DNA of 35,591 bases from a virus. Its lineage: Duplodnaviria > Caudoviricetes. Of the stretch, positions 17,706-26,871 are shown piece by piece (positions within the stretch are counted from its first letter, which is position 1; each line of letters begins with the position of its first letter). The position numbers and the translations under genes are program-made. The notes under the pieces were generated by a model. It was given only the letters and a program-made list of their open reading frames with translations, made no database searches and was not told where the DNA came from. The stretch covers positions 1 to 35,591 of IMG/VR virus record IMGVR_UViG_3300037515_000667; one strand, 5' to 3'.

Positions 17706-19462
17706 GCCGCTTGTCCATTGGTTTGTTTACCGGCGTTGCCTAGCGCTATTTGAGAGAGAACCGCTTCGCGGCCCGCAAGTCCCTTGGGCGCCGGGACCGA
17801 TCGGCGAATTTCTTCCCTCGGCCCGCTGATTCGCTGCTGCCCGGTCGTGGTCGGAATGTCGCCGTAAGCACGCGGCCTCGACGCTCGGAACAATCGCCCA
17901 ATCGCTTCTTCGCTACCCGTCGCATGCGCAAAGTAATCCACGTAGGCGCGCCAGTCGATCCGCATACCGTCAGCGGCCAGGATGTTCGGGTCGAGCGACG
18001 CAATGAACGCCTGCACTAATCCGAGTCGTTGTTGCGGTTGCAGGTCTTGCATTTCCCACGGCTCGATCGAAAAATTCATCTTGTTGACGTAAGGCCGAAT
18101 CTCGTTGGCCGTCACCGTCAGCGGAATCGAAATGTCCGTATCCGGTATCTTCCGGCTGTACTGGACAAAGAGCAGCGGATCGCGCGCCATCAGCGATACG
18201 TGCGTTTCTCCGACTCGCTTCAAGAACTTGGCGACGGCGCCGGCCATCTTGCGCACGTTAGCGCTGGCCCCGACCGCCAGCAGGTTTTCTTGAGTCGCGG
18301 TCTGGGCCTGGGTATCGAGCCCGCCAAGTTGGTCCATGTTTCCGGCGATGTACGAAAAAATCTGGCGCGCCGCCAACCCAAACGAAAAATTGGCCTGATC
18401 TGGTCCGCCGTATCGCACCTCGCCCGGCGGGCTGTTACCGATATATGGGATCGCCTGTCCGTCGGCCGCATCCCTGAATCGCTCACCATCGTCGATGTTC
18501 TGAACGGGCACGGCCATGTTGCTTTTCTGGCGGTCAACCTGGGCCGCGAGCTTGCGCCACACCGAATTGATGATTGCGTGCATGTCCCGCCACGCCGCGA
18601 CGGGTGGCAGCGGCATGGTGTTTTCCTGAATCCATTCGAGCCCAAGAATTTCGTACGGTCCGCGCGCCGGGCCGTCGTATTCAATCACGTCGGCGACCAG
18701 GCCCGCCCCGGCATTCAGCGATCCGCCCTCGCCGGCGAATACCACGATAATTCGTTCGCGTGGAAAGTAGATGTCCCAAAACTCGGCGGCATCGAACAGG
18801 CCGTCGTCGTCAATCATGCCGGATTGGCTGAGCGACCGCGCTTTCCGGCCGCCGCCTTCGTTGAACTGACCCTGTTGAACGCCGGACAGCTTGTCGGCAA
18901 TGCGCGGGTATCTCTCGCGCGCTATATCGAGAGGAATCGTGTAGCGATCTCCCATCAGGGTCACGTGGTCCCACCTAGATACCGACATGTCGTGAACCCA
19001 ATTATCAATCGACACCGACGCGGCAAACATTCTCGAAACACGAACGTCGTCGTCGATGCCGTAGACCTGTTCGGGATCATGTACGCCCTGTTTCATTATC
19101 CCGATCGAGGTCAGAGCGGACGCTGTGCATTCGGAGACGGCCTGGTCGAACCCTATCGCGGCGAGATTGTGGTTCACCGCGCCGCCCAGCTTCCAGGCAA
19201 GCGGATACAGTTCTGGAAAGACCGTCTCGATGTTGTACGATGGGTTTGCCGGCGTAATCGAACGATGGAAGATATTGAACGCCATGCCGAGCATCGGCAG
19301 CGGGTTGTCGTAGGGCGTGCCCGCGCTCGACCAATGCGACCCGGCAATCTCGCGCCAGTGCGAAACGTTGTTCTCCCGGAACGGCTGTAAATCCTGGCGG
19401 CTGAACTCGACGAGTCGCCTCGCTCTCTGCATGTGGACCGGGTTGTTTGGATTAACCGGCAT
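17702..19462 (-). CDS. Portal protein, 586 aa
   Basis: Size and position before scaffold and MCP. TATQENL motif (TATE/Q typical of P22/T7-like portals), IGIMKQG and GPY segments. Confidence 0.85.
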   Translation of the reverse strand: MPVNPNNPVHMQRARRLVEFSRQDLQPFRENNVSHWREIAGSHWSSAGTPYDNPLPMLGMAFNIFHRSITPANPSYNIETVFPELYPLAWKLGGAVNHNLAAIGFDQAVSECTASALTSIGIMKQGVHDPEQVYGIDDDVRVSRMFAASVSIDNWVHDMSVSRWDHVTLMGDRYTIPLDIARERYPRIADKLSGVQQGQFNEGGGRKARSLSQSGMIDDDGLFDAAEFWDIYFPRERIIVVFAGEGGSLNAGAGLVADVIEYDGPARGPYEILGLEWIQENTMPLPPVAAWRDMHAIINSVWRKLAAQVDRQKSNMAVPVQNIDDGERFRDAADGQAIPYIGNSPPGEVRYGGPDQANFSFGLAARQIFSYIAGNMDQLGGLDTQAQTATQENLLAVGASANVRKMAGAVAKFLKRVGETHVSLMARDPLLFVQYSRKIPDTDISIPLTVTANEIRPYVNKMNFSIEPWEMQDLQPQQRLGLVQAFIASLDPNILAADGMRIDWRAYVDYFAHATGSEEAIGRLFRASRPRAYGDIPTTTGQQRISGPREEIRRSVPAPKGLAGREAVLSQIALGNAGKQTNGQAA

Positions 19463-19469
19463 GGCATCC

Positions 19470-19697
19470 TTACTCGCCGACGGCGCCGGCAGGAAGCTCT
19501 CCGGGCCGAAGCGTCAGCTTTTCGACGCGATACCACTCGCCGTCGATCCTGTGATAATCCATCTTGTCGTCCATGCTCTTGATCGTGTTTACGATTTGCG
19601 CGGGCTCGTTTGGCCCCTCGCCGTTCTTGCTCCACTTCTGGCCGCCGGCCCCGTCGTCCACGGGCTCCCAATGCTCCCAATCAAATAACGTCGGCAT
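19470..19697 (-). CDS. Hypothetical acidic protein, 75 aa
   Basis: AGGAG RBS, overlaps the upstream gene end, ends 7 nt before portal. Confidence 0.65.
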   Translation of the reverse strand: MPTLFDWEHWEPVDDGAGGQKWSKNGEGPNEPAQIVNTIKSMDDKMDYHRIDGEWYRVEKLTLRPGELPAGAVGE

Positions 19698-20115
19698 CGC
19701 AACTTACTCCTGTACCCTTTTTCTTACTGGCCTCCCAACGAGGCTTCTGCACGCTATAGGAATTCTGAATGATCACCCGCCTAAGTAGCAATATGGCGGG
19801 GATCGATGTCACCGCGATTATCGCAAATCCACCAATGAGCCACGGCCAAATCTCGTTCGTGATCGTGTCGGACGATTGCCGGACTGCCACGCCGACCGCC
19901 GCCTGGACGTCTGGATTCAGTTCGACGAACGTTTCCGCTTTCGCTTCGATCGGAACATCGACGGTGTTTGCCAGACTCGTCTCGGCCGTGGCCTGGAGCG
20001 CCGCACACCCAATGCACGCAGCGATCCAAAATAGCGCCAGCCCCGTCGCAACGCCCATTGCAAAAAACGCCGTGAGCTTCCATCGGCCATCGCAATTGTT
20101 CGTGTTCCATCTCAT
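19681..20115 (-). CDS. Membrane protein with possible lipobox and C-terminal TM helix (candidate unimolecular spanin or holin), 144 aa
   Basis: Hydrophobic segment ending IAAC/IGC, second TM WPWLIGGFAIIAVTSIPAILLL followed by a basic tail. Confidence 0.55.
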   Translation of the reverse strand: MRWNTNNCDGRWKLTAFFAMGVATGLALFWIAACIGCAALQATAETSLANTVDVPIEAKAETFVELNPDVQAAVGVAVRQSSDTITNEIWPWLIGGFAIIAVTSIPAILLLRRVIIQNSYSVQKPRWEASKKKGTGVSCDADVI

Positions 20116-20129
20116 TCTGGCGGCAACGT

Positions 20130-20612
20130 CTATTCGTCCGGCTCGCCGACACCATGGTTGGGGGGCGCGTCGTCGACCGTCACTGCCGCCGGCTGAATGC
20201 CGATCCGACCCACAAAATCGATTACCGCCCGCTCTAGCGCGGCGCGACGCTGTTCCTCGCTCAAGACCGTGTTGCCAATGATCGCGGTAGCTTGCTTCAC
20301 GAACTCTCGGTCTGTCGGCAAGCCCGCGCCGGCGCTCGCAAGCCCAAACGAAGCGTCGGCTCCGACCAGCGCAAGTTCGACACGCGAGTACGTGCCGGCA
20401 CCAAAGAATATGGTCGCCACGTATCGCGGATCGTTGACGGCAAGGTCGACATTGGCCGTCATTTCGGTGGGCTGGTAGGCGTTAAGCAACGACCGCGCCG
20501 CGCCCGCCGTCGCCTCGAGCGTGGTTCTGGCCATCGTCGGCCCGGTGTCAATTACCGAACATCCAGGGAGTGCAAACAACAGCACGGCGGGAAATGCAAT
20601 CCGCTTCAACAT
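20130..20612 (-). CDS. Lipoprotein, 160 aa
   Basis: ATG at 20612 with AAGGAG RBS. MLKRIAFPAVLLFALPGC is a signal peptide II with lipobox-like LPGC. Confidence 0.75.
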   Translation of the reverse strand: MLKRIAFPAVLLFALPGCSVIDTGPTMARTTLEATAGAARSLLNAYQPTEMTANVDLAVNDPRYVATIFFGAGTYSRVELALVGADASFGLASAGAGLPTDREFVKQATAIIGNTVLSEEQRRAALERAVIDFVGRIGIQPAAVTVDDAPPNHGVGEPDE

Positions 20613-20624
20613 GACTTTTTCTCC

Positions 20625-20693
20625 TTGACACTTTGATGAGCACGGCACCACAATCGCGCGCGTAGCATAGCAACCGTGGCCGCGAGCGTGCAA
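20625..20693. promoter_or_regulatory. Overlapping divergent sigma70-like promoters for terminase (+) and virion operon (-)
   Basis: Plus strand: TTGACA(20625)-18 nt-CACAAT. Minus strand: TTGCAC(20693)-18 nt-TATGCT with extended -10 TG. Confidence 0.5.
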
Positions 20694-20695
20694 GA

Positions 20696-21259
20696 ATGAA
20701 TCTGGAAGAACTTGTCGGTCCTGAATTCGATTGGAACAAAGATTTTCCATCACAGCCCGTGAAGAACCTGCTTGAGCCGGTCGGCCTGTTCGAGGATTTC
20801 GTGGCATGCTGTGAAGAGTTGCGCCAGATTCGTTCACGAACCAGTGTGGTCAATGTTCGAGAATTCGTGCTGGTCCGCATGTTCCTTGCCAAGCACAATC
20901 CCGCGCCGGCGCCAACGGACACCGAGTATGCCGACGTACTCCGAAGATGCCGCAAGCACGCCAGCTTGACAATCGGAACCTACGAAAAAGACCTCGATTG
21001 GGCCTACGCAAACGCCACCTGCCGGCCGTCAGAGATTCGCCCGTTTTCCTGCCCAAGCCACACAGCCGTTACCCTTCTGGTACAGGCGCGCGAGAACCCG
21101 AAAATGTTCGTGCAGCAAGTAATGCGAGCAAAGCAGGCTACGATCGCGTCGCAACCTGATTCAAAGAAGGCGATCGCCGCACCGGCCGCTGAGCCGAAAA
21201 AGCGAGTGAAGAATGTCGACCTCTCCGACGCCATCTCCAACTTTGGAGCGACGGGATAG
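20696..21259 (+). CDS. Putative terminase small subunit, 187 aa
   Basis: Directly upstream of and overlapping the large terminase, helical, suitable size. No diagnostic motif recognised. Confidence 0.5.
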   Translation: MNLEELVGPEFDWNKDFPSQPVKNLLEPVGLFEDFVACCEELRQIRSRTSVVNVREFVLVRMFLAKHNPAPAPTDTEYADVLRRCRKHASLTIGTYEKDLDWAYANATCRPSEIRPFSCPSHTAVTLLVQARENPKMFVQQVMRAKQATIASQPDSKKAIAAPAAEPKKRVKNVDLSDAISNFGATG

Positions 21260-23210
21260 CTGGATAGAGCGATTCGAGCCACTTGTTTTTTCGGGGCGAG
21301 ATCGAACGCGATTCCCATGCTACCACCTGCTTCCAAACAACCCACACGAAAATCTGCGCGTGCGCCAAGAAGAGCTCAAGAAGGCGGAAACCAGTAAGTC
21401 GAAACGCGCCGAGCTTCGCGCCATGGCCGAAGCGGACCTATTGTTCTACGTCAACTTCTTTTGCTGGACACTGAACCCGCGAGAAATTGGGGCTGCGCGA
21501 CAACCGTTCGTAACCTGGCCGGTACAAAACGACCTGCTCATAGCACTGGATGACGCGATCGCCAAGCAGCGCCCACACGGAACAAAAAAATCACGCGACC
21601 AAGGCGCCACCTGGATTCACATGGCGACGATCGACTGGCGCGCGCGATTCCGTAAGTGGGAAACTTATCTGGTGGCCTCACGCAAAGCCGAACTGGTTGA
21701 CGGCGGCGACGACACCCTGTTTGGCTTCATTCGATTCATTGACCGGCACCTGCCGGAGTGGATGCAGGACGAAGTCAAATTCACCAAATTCAACGCCCGG
21801 TACGCGCTCACGGATTCGTGGATTGAGGGCGAAGCCACGAACCCATCGCTTAGCCGCGGCAAACGAAAAACGGGAATCATCATCGACGAAGCCTCGCAGG
21901 TGCCCGATATGCAGGCCGTCAACCAAGCGGCGCAGAACGCGGCCGACTGCCGGCTCTACAACTCAACGCCGTGGGGCCGGCACACTGTTTTTCGTCAGCT
22001 TGAGAAACGCATACGCTTCACCCGAATCCACTGGTCGCAACACGGAAAATACCGCAGGGGGCTTTATACCTGGCCTAGTAGGGATCCAGTTCCCACGCTG
22101 CTCGACAACTACCGCGGCGAAATCGATGTTGCGATCGCGGGGAATACATTGGGTGATGTCGAATGGAAAACCTACCGATTCCCCGACAACTACCCGTTCG
22201 TGCGCGAGGGAACCGGGCTGTTCGGGGCCAAGGGCAAATGGCTGATTCGGAGCCCGTGGTTCGACGGCCAAGTGACTCAGGCGCTGGACGAGAGTCAGAT
22301 CGACACCGAGCTTGAACTGTCCGACTCGGGCGGCAAAAAGCCGCTGGTGCAGTCTGGACACCTTGTCGCGTTCGAGGAAATGTGCCGCCCGCCGGTGAGC
22401 ACCGGATCGCTCATCTACGACTTCGACACCATGGCGGTTGGCGGCTGGCTTGAATCTCCTAGTGGCGACATGAGGCTATGGATTCCGGTAAACGTGACGC
22501 AGCGCCCGCCCGTCGAAAACGAGTACGTCGTTGGCGCCGATATCTCGCACGGCGCCGGCGCGTCAAATTCCTGCCTCGCGGTCATCGACGCGCGAACGGC
22601 CACTTGCGTCGGCGAACTGGCGACGCCGCACAAGGATCCAAAGACATTCGCGCACGAGGCGGTCGCCTATGCCATCTGGTTCAACAACGCGCGCCTGATT
22701 TGGGACGCCAACGGTCCCGGCGGTTCGGAGTTTCGCAACGAAGTCGACGCGCTAGGCTACTACAAAATCTACTACCGATTCACGGAAGAACAGGCGTTCA
22801 AGCGAAAGAAGTCGAACAATCCCGGCGTCCGCACGCAGAACCGCTACGACCGCACGGCGATGCTTCGCAATCTCGTGTTTCGCATGACGCGCGGGAAATA
22901 CACGAACCACAGCCGGGAAATGATCGATGAGTTGGCCGCGTACGGATACAACGGCGACATGAGCGTGTCGCACCAAGACGAGTACCGCACTGATGATCCG
23001 AGCGGCGCACGCGATGCTCACGGAGATCGCGTTATCGCGCACTCGGTAGCGCTCCAGGCGAACGAATTTCGCGAGACGCCAATCCTGATTCGCGAGCAAG
23101 AAAAAAAAGGGCCGCAGCGGCCAGACCTAACATCAATCGCCGGCCGCAGACTGCTTGCGAATCGCACCGCCCCGTCGCTCGTGTTCGAGACTAACCACAG
23201 AATCCGGTAG
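21213..23210 (+). CDS. terL: Terminase large subunit, up to 665 aa (start uncertain)
   Basis: Q-motif TWPVQ, Walker A-like KKSRDQGATW, Walker B IIIDEA, motif III NSTP, RNase H nuclease YVVGADISHG and C-terminal HGDRVIA. Confidence 0.9.
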   Translation: MSTSPTPSPTLERRDSWIERFEPLVFSGRDRTRFPCYHLLPNNPHENLRVRQEELKKAETSKSKRAELRAMAEADLLFYVNFFCWTLNPREIGAARQPFVTWPVQNDLLIALDDAIAKQRPHGTKKSRDQGATWIHMATIDWRARFRKWETYLVASRKAELVDGGDDTLFGFIRFIDRHLPEWMQDEVKFTKFNARYALTDSWIEGEATNPSLSRGKRKTGIIIDEASQVPDMQAVNQAAQNAADCRLYNSTPWGRHTVFRQLEKRIRFTRIHWSQHGKYRRGLYTWPSRDPVPTLLDNYRGEIDVAIAGNTLGDVEWKTYRFPDNYPFVREGTGLFGAKGKWLIRSPWFDGQVTQALDESQIDTELELSDSGGKKPLVQSGHLVAFEEMCRPPVSTGSLIYDFDTMAVGGWLESPSGDMRLWIPVNVTQRPPVENEYVVGADISHGAGASNSCLAVIDARTATCVGELATPHKDPKTFAHEAVAYAIWFNNARLIWDANGPGGSEFRNEVDALGYYKIYYRFTEEQAFKRKKSNNPGVRTQNRYDRTAMLRNLVFRMTRGKYTNHSREMIDELAAYGYNGDMSVSHQDEYRTDDPSGARDAHGDRVIAHSVALQANEFRETPILIREQEKKGPQRPDLTSIAGRRLLANRTAPSLVFETNHRIR

Positions 23211-23235
23211 TAGCTCTGTTATCTTCCCGAAAATG

Positions 23236-24411
23236 TCATGCAACGCTAATTATCGCTCCGGGCTCTTTGCAGGCCGGACAACGGTAATCGTTGAATCCCC
23301 CCCCCCACTCGCGTCCGCATCCGGGCGTTTCGCACCGATAGTTGATCGGGGCGACATTCGTGGCGGGCGAGTCCGGCGCGACACCCGTCGCGCTCAAATT
23401 AGACCCATGGCTCCCGGCCGAGTCGATGGTTTCCATCGTGCTCGAATATTCGGCCGGTTTGCCCGCCACGATGTCGCCATGACCCAATAGCGCGCTTACG
23501 ACATCAGGCGGCGCGTCGTCTGGCGGCCGCTCTCTCGTCGTTTCTGGTTGAAACTCGTTGTTGATATCAGCCATCTCGATCGGGCTTTCGCCCTGGCCTG
23601 GCGGAAGAAGAAGTCGTTGATATGCCCGCTTGGACTGCTCGATCAGTTCGGTGTTCTCTTGCCTGAATTTTGAATACTCGAGCGCCTTTTGCTGAATCGC
23701 CTGTACGTCCTTTCCGCGAATCTCGACGTGTACGATATAGACCGTCGAAGTCACTCCCTGGGGCGTCACCCGCCGAGGCGACACCACCAATCTAAGCGGC
23801 ACGCCGGCCAAAACTCCCCGTGTGAGCGGCTGGATCATGGCCGTAAGAGATCCAAAAAGCGCGTCGCCGGTCATTCGCGAAGTCGTGCGGAATTTGTAGA
23901 CACCGCCGAATCGCGTTTCGTCGGAAGCAATGACACAGCTCAGTGTCGTGTGTTTCTTGAACAGTGCGTTTCCCTTGCCGTCAACCATTTCCTCGATTGG
24001 CTTTTCGACCACGGTCGCTTGCGGCGGATTGAGTGGGTTGCCGTTGCGATCGTAAAGCCAAGTGATCGTCTTTCCGTCGTCGCTCCAGGCGTAGCACTTT
24101 TTTCCGACGTATCGCACCCAGCGGGACTGCATTACGTCCTCGATATCATCGCTCAACAGAACGATTGGAAGGCTCCGCATCTTTCCATCGGCGTCGGCGT
24201 ACCCTTCATCAGCCAAACGTTGCATCAGTGCGTTGTCCGGCAGTAGTGCCCCGCCGTCATCTCGGGCCATCGTCGTGATAGTAAAGTGGTCGTCCTTGCG
24301 CGGCGCCCGCCACGTTTTCCCAGCGGCCGAAGTCCGCTCTTGCCCGAGCCCGCCGATTTTGATCTTGCCCATTTCAGGCAAATCCGGTTTGAGAATATCA
24401 GCCAGTGACAT
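23236..24411 (-). CDS. Gp3-like ('recombination directionality factor-like') protein, putative ssDNA annealase, about 391 aa, with C-terminal Zn ribbon
   Basis: GKIKIG...DHF N-terminus, GGVYKFRTTS and LAGVPLRL motifs, adjacent to RecE-like nuclease, CETPGC...CPAC tail. Alternative start at 24447. Confidence 0.65.
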   Translation of the reverse strand: MSLADILKPDLPEMGKIKIGGLGQERTSAAGKTWRAPRKDDHFTITTMARDDGGALLPDNALMQRLADEGYADADGKMRSLPIVLLSDDIEDVMQSRWVRYVGKKCYAWSDDGKTITWLYDRNGNPLNPPQATVVEKPIEEMVDGKGNALFKKHTTLSCVIASDETRFGGVYKFRTTSRMTGDALFGSLTAMIQPLTRGVLAGVPLRLVVSPRRVTPQGVTSTVYIVHVEIRGKDVQAIQQKALEYSKFRQENTELIEQSKRAYQRLLLPPGQGESPIEMADINNEFQPETTRERPPDDAPPDVVSALLGHGDIVAGKPAEYSSTMETIDSAGSHGSNLSATGVAPDSPATNVAPINYRCETPGCGREWGGGFNDYRCPACKEPGAIISVA

Positions 24412-24443
24412 CGTTTTTGATTCCCCAAAAGACGTTTCAGTGC

Positions 24444-25286
24444 TCATTCTTCCGGCGGTCGCATCCAATACGGCGCCTCGACCACATCTACGTCGTCGAT
24501 GTAGCTTGGCCACACGCCCAGCCCGGCACACTCGGCGTACTTGATCAGAGCGCGCTTGTATTGATCGCGCCCGTAGTCCTCGAACGGCACGTCCAGCTCG
24601 TAGCACGCGACTTGGTATGGCGGCGACGTTTCCAGCACGACGAACACGTACCGGCGAGGGCGCGGCGCGATTTCATTCAGGCCGTCGAGATAGAACGCTG
24701 CACGGCAATGGTACTTAAACGAAACGCAGGCTTTCTGGAACCCACGGTTGTCGGCCTTGAATCTCGCGGTCGTTTTCGGGTCCACGATCGTCTGGTAATC
24801 GCGAAACTCGACGATCCGGTCGGCGCGCGCGCGGCAACTGATGCCGGAGTCGGGATCCGCCCAAAAGAATGAAATCTCGTTCGGGCCGGGGGCTCGCAAC
24901 AAGGCGCTGGCCGTTACGCTTTTCTCGACCGCCTTAATCATTCCGTCGAGATCGACTTTCTGTTCGGCTGTGATAAGCTCCTTCCCAATGTTGTCCTGGA
25001 CGAACGATGCCCACGCCCGCTTGCCGTCAGTGGTGCGCCGGTCGAATTTTGGCGCAACTACCCAGTCCGACCTAAATCGCTCGGGCTCGAGCATGGCCGC
25101 ATGTACGGCCGATCCCAGTTCCAGCGCCTCGGTCGGCGCCTTCGGGTGCATCTCGCGGTAATGCGCCTCGAACGGGGTGCAGTCCATGAACGGGCCGAGT
25201 TTGGTCATGCTCATCGCCGGGTGCGAATGGTAGTCCGCTTCCGGCATGTCGGGCACCAATCCGGACAGTAGCCTTGGCTTTGGCAT
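24444..25286 (-). CDS. RecE/exonuclease VIII-like PD-(D/E)xK nuclease (DUF3799-like), 280 aa
   Basis: DYH..AMS, LGSAVHAAMLEPE, RRTTDGK, EISFFW, CRARADR, IVDPKTT and YVFVVLETSPPY motifs. Confidence 0.85.
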   Translation of the reverse strand: MPKPRLLSGLVPDMPEADYHSHPAMSMTKLGPFMDCTPFEAHYREMHPKAPTEALELGSAVHAAMLEPERFRSDWVVAPKFDRRTTDGKRAWASFVQDNIGKELITAEQKVDLDGMIKAVEKSVTASALLRAPGPNEISFFWADPDSGISCRARADRIVEFRDYQTIVDPKTTARFKADNRGFQKACVSFKYHCRAAFYLDGLNEIAPRPRRYVFVVLETSPPYQVACYELDVPFEDYGRDQYKRALIKYAECAGLGVWPSYIDDVDVVEAPYWMRPPEE

Positions 25287-25291
25287 TGGGC

Positions 25292-26677
25292 CTACTTCTC
25301 CTTGACCTCACCGTCCTCGATCGTGATTCCAACTTCGCCGCCGTCGCCGACCCGCTCAATCAAAATCTGCCCGTCGACCTCTTCCGACATTTCGCCGAGA
25401 AGCCGCAGGCTATCCTCGTCCAGCAACGACCCGTCGCGAATCATAAGCACCTTGAATTTCGGATTGGACGCGAACGCAATCGCGGTCGAGACGCGAAGCT
25501 GTTCCGCGCCGGACGCCTGAGAAAAGGGGAGCCCGTTGAACAAAACCTCGCCGTCTCCGAGCGCCATCCCTTCAACCGGCAGTTTCGCCGCCTTAATTGC
25601 CGCGTCTTTTTCCGCGTCGATGCGAGCAATCTTTTCGGTCAAATCGTCGCGCGCGTTGACCATTTTGGAAAGCGAGTTCGAAAGTTGGGCGATCTTCGAC
25701 TTGTCTCGCACGGCCGCGTTGACCGTCTCGGCCGCCGCAATTTTCCCTCGAATGCCGTCAACGTTGAAGTCGACCATCTCTTGTTTTTCGGCGAGCGCAT
25801 CAGAGAGCGTCTTGATTTTTTGTGCGATGCGGTCGCGATCGGACTGAATGGTTTCGGCGCGCTGTGCGCGTCGCCTTTCAGCCTCTTCCGTCTGTACGGC
25901 AATCTGTTTCATGCGAGCAACATGTCGCTCATGTTCCTGCCGAACCAATTCCGCCAAACCCGCTTTTTCGGCGCCGTCGTCGTCCTCGAACGCGGCCGCT
26001 GTCGCCCCGAGTTCTCGCCTGAGGGCCTCAATATCGGCTTTGTTCTGCGCCATACGCCTCGCGTATTCAATCTGATCCTGGCGCGCCGCGAGCACCTCCT
26101 CCAGTTCTTTGCTCAGGTCAGCGATCGAGACTTCCTGGTCGGGCGTGTCCACTGGCGGCGGAGTCAAGGAATCCAATGACGACGACAGCGCCTTGATGTC
26201 GCGATTGACCAACGTGCGTTGATCGTACGATTTCCTGCGACTTTCGGCGATCGCAGCCAAATCGATTCCGACCATCTCGGCAAACACGTCGGCCTGTTCG
26301 GTCGTCGCCATTCGCTGAAACGCCAGCGGGTCCAAGAACTGACCCGCGATCTTGTCGAGAATGGCCTGCGGACTCGGATACTTGGCGCCGTGCTCGGAGA
26401 ACACGTCTATATACGTATTGGCCCCACCATTCGTCCATCGCCGAACAACCCGCAAGTCACCGAGATTGACTTCGACGAACGCTGTATCTTGTCCGTCCCG
26501 CACCGGCCGGCTTGGGATCAACTTCTTTCCGCCGAGCGCCATCGCCACGGCGTCAAGCACGCTTGTTTTTCCTTGCCCGTTGCGGCCGCGGATTGGCACC
26601 AACGCGCCCGATGGTCGAATCCGCACGGCCTTGAGTCGCTTCACGTTCTCAATCGTCAGCTCGATAATTCTCACCAT
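25292..26677 (-). CDS. SMC/Rad50-like AAA ATPase, 461 aa
   Basis: IENVKR, Walker A GRNGQGKTS, long coiled coil, signature-like SGAEQ, Walker B-like LMIRDG. Confidence 0.85.
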   Translation of the reverse strand: MVRIIELTIENVKRLKAVRIRPSGALVPIRGRNGQGKTSVLDAVAMALGGKKLIPSRPVRDGQDTAFVEVNLGDLRVVRRWTNGGANTYIDVFSEHGAKYPSPQAILDKIAGQFLDPLAFQRMATTEQADVFAEMVGIDLAAIAESRRKSYDQRTLVNRDIKALSSSLDSLTPPPVDTPDQEVSIADLSKELEEVLAARQDQIEYARRMAQNKADIEALRRELGATAAAFEDDDGAEKAGLAELVRQEHERHVARMKQIAVQTEEAERRRAQRAETIQSDRDRIAQKIKTLSDALAEKQEMVDFNVDGIRGKIAAAETVNAAVRDKSKIAQLSNSLSKMVNARDDLTEKIARIDAEKDAAIKAAKLPVEGMALGDGEVLFNGLPFSQASGAEQLRVSTAIAFASNPKFKVLMIRDGSLLDEDSLRLLGEMSEEVDGQILIERVGDGGEVGITIEDGEVKEK

Positions 26678-26865
26678 GGACTCCTTTTAATTGCATTGTC
26701 ACGAACAATTTCCACCGTTTCTATCGGCGCATCGATTCCGATTTTGATACGTCCTACCGCATCGACAACCAGCAGCACAATTTCAAACTCGTACGATTTC
26801 GGCGCGTTGGGGTGCTTACACCGGAGAGTAATCCGATCGTTTATGTATCGTCCCAGAACAAGCAT
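26671..26865 (-). CDS. csrA: CsrA/RsmA family translational regulator, 64 aa
   Basis: MLVLGR N-terminus and IKIGIDAP..V.IVR C-terminus match the CsrA pattern (MLVLTR...VRIGIDAP.V.VHR), with a loop insertion. Confidence 0.8.
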   Translation of the reverse strand: MLVLGRYINDRITLRCKHPNAPKSYEFEIVLLVVDAVGRIKIGIDAPIETVEIVRDNAIKRSPW

Positions 26866-26871
26866 TCAGAA

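Noticed and set aside
20613-23235. Terminase cassette as an actively invertible (phase-variable) segment
   Set aside because: No inverted repeats were found at its boundaries and no invertase is encoded in the window.
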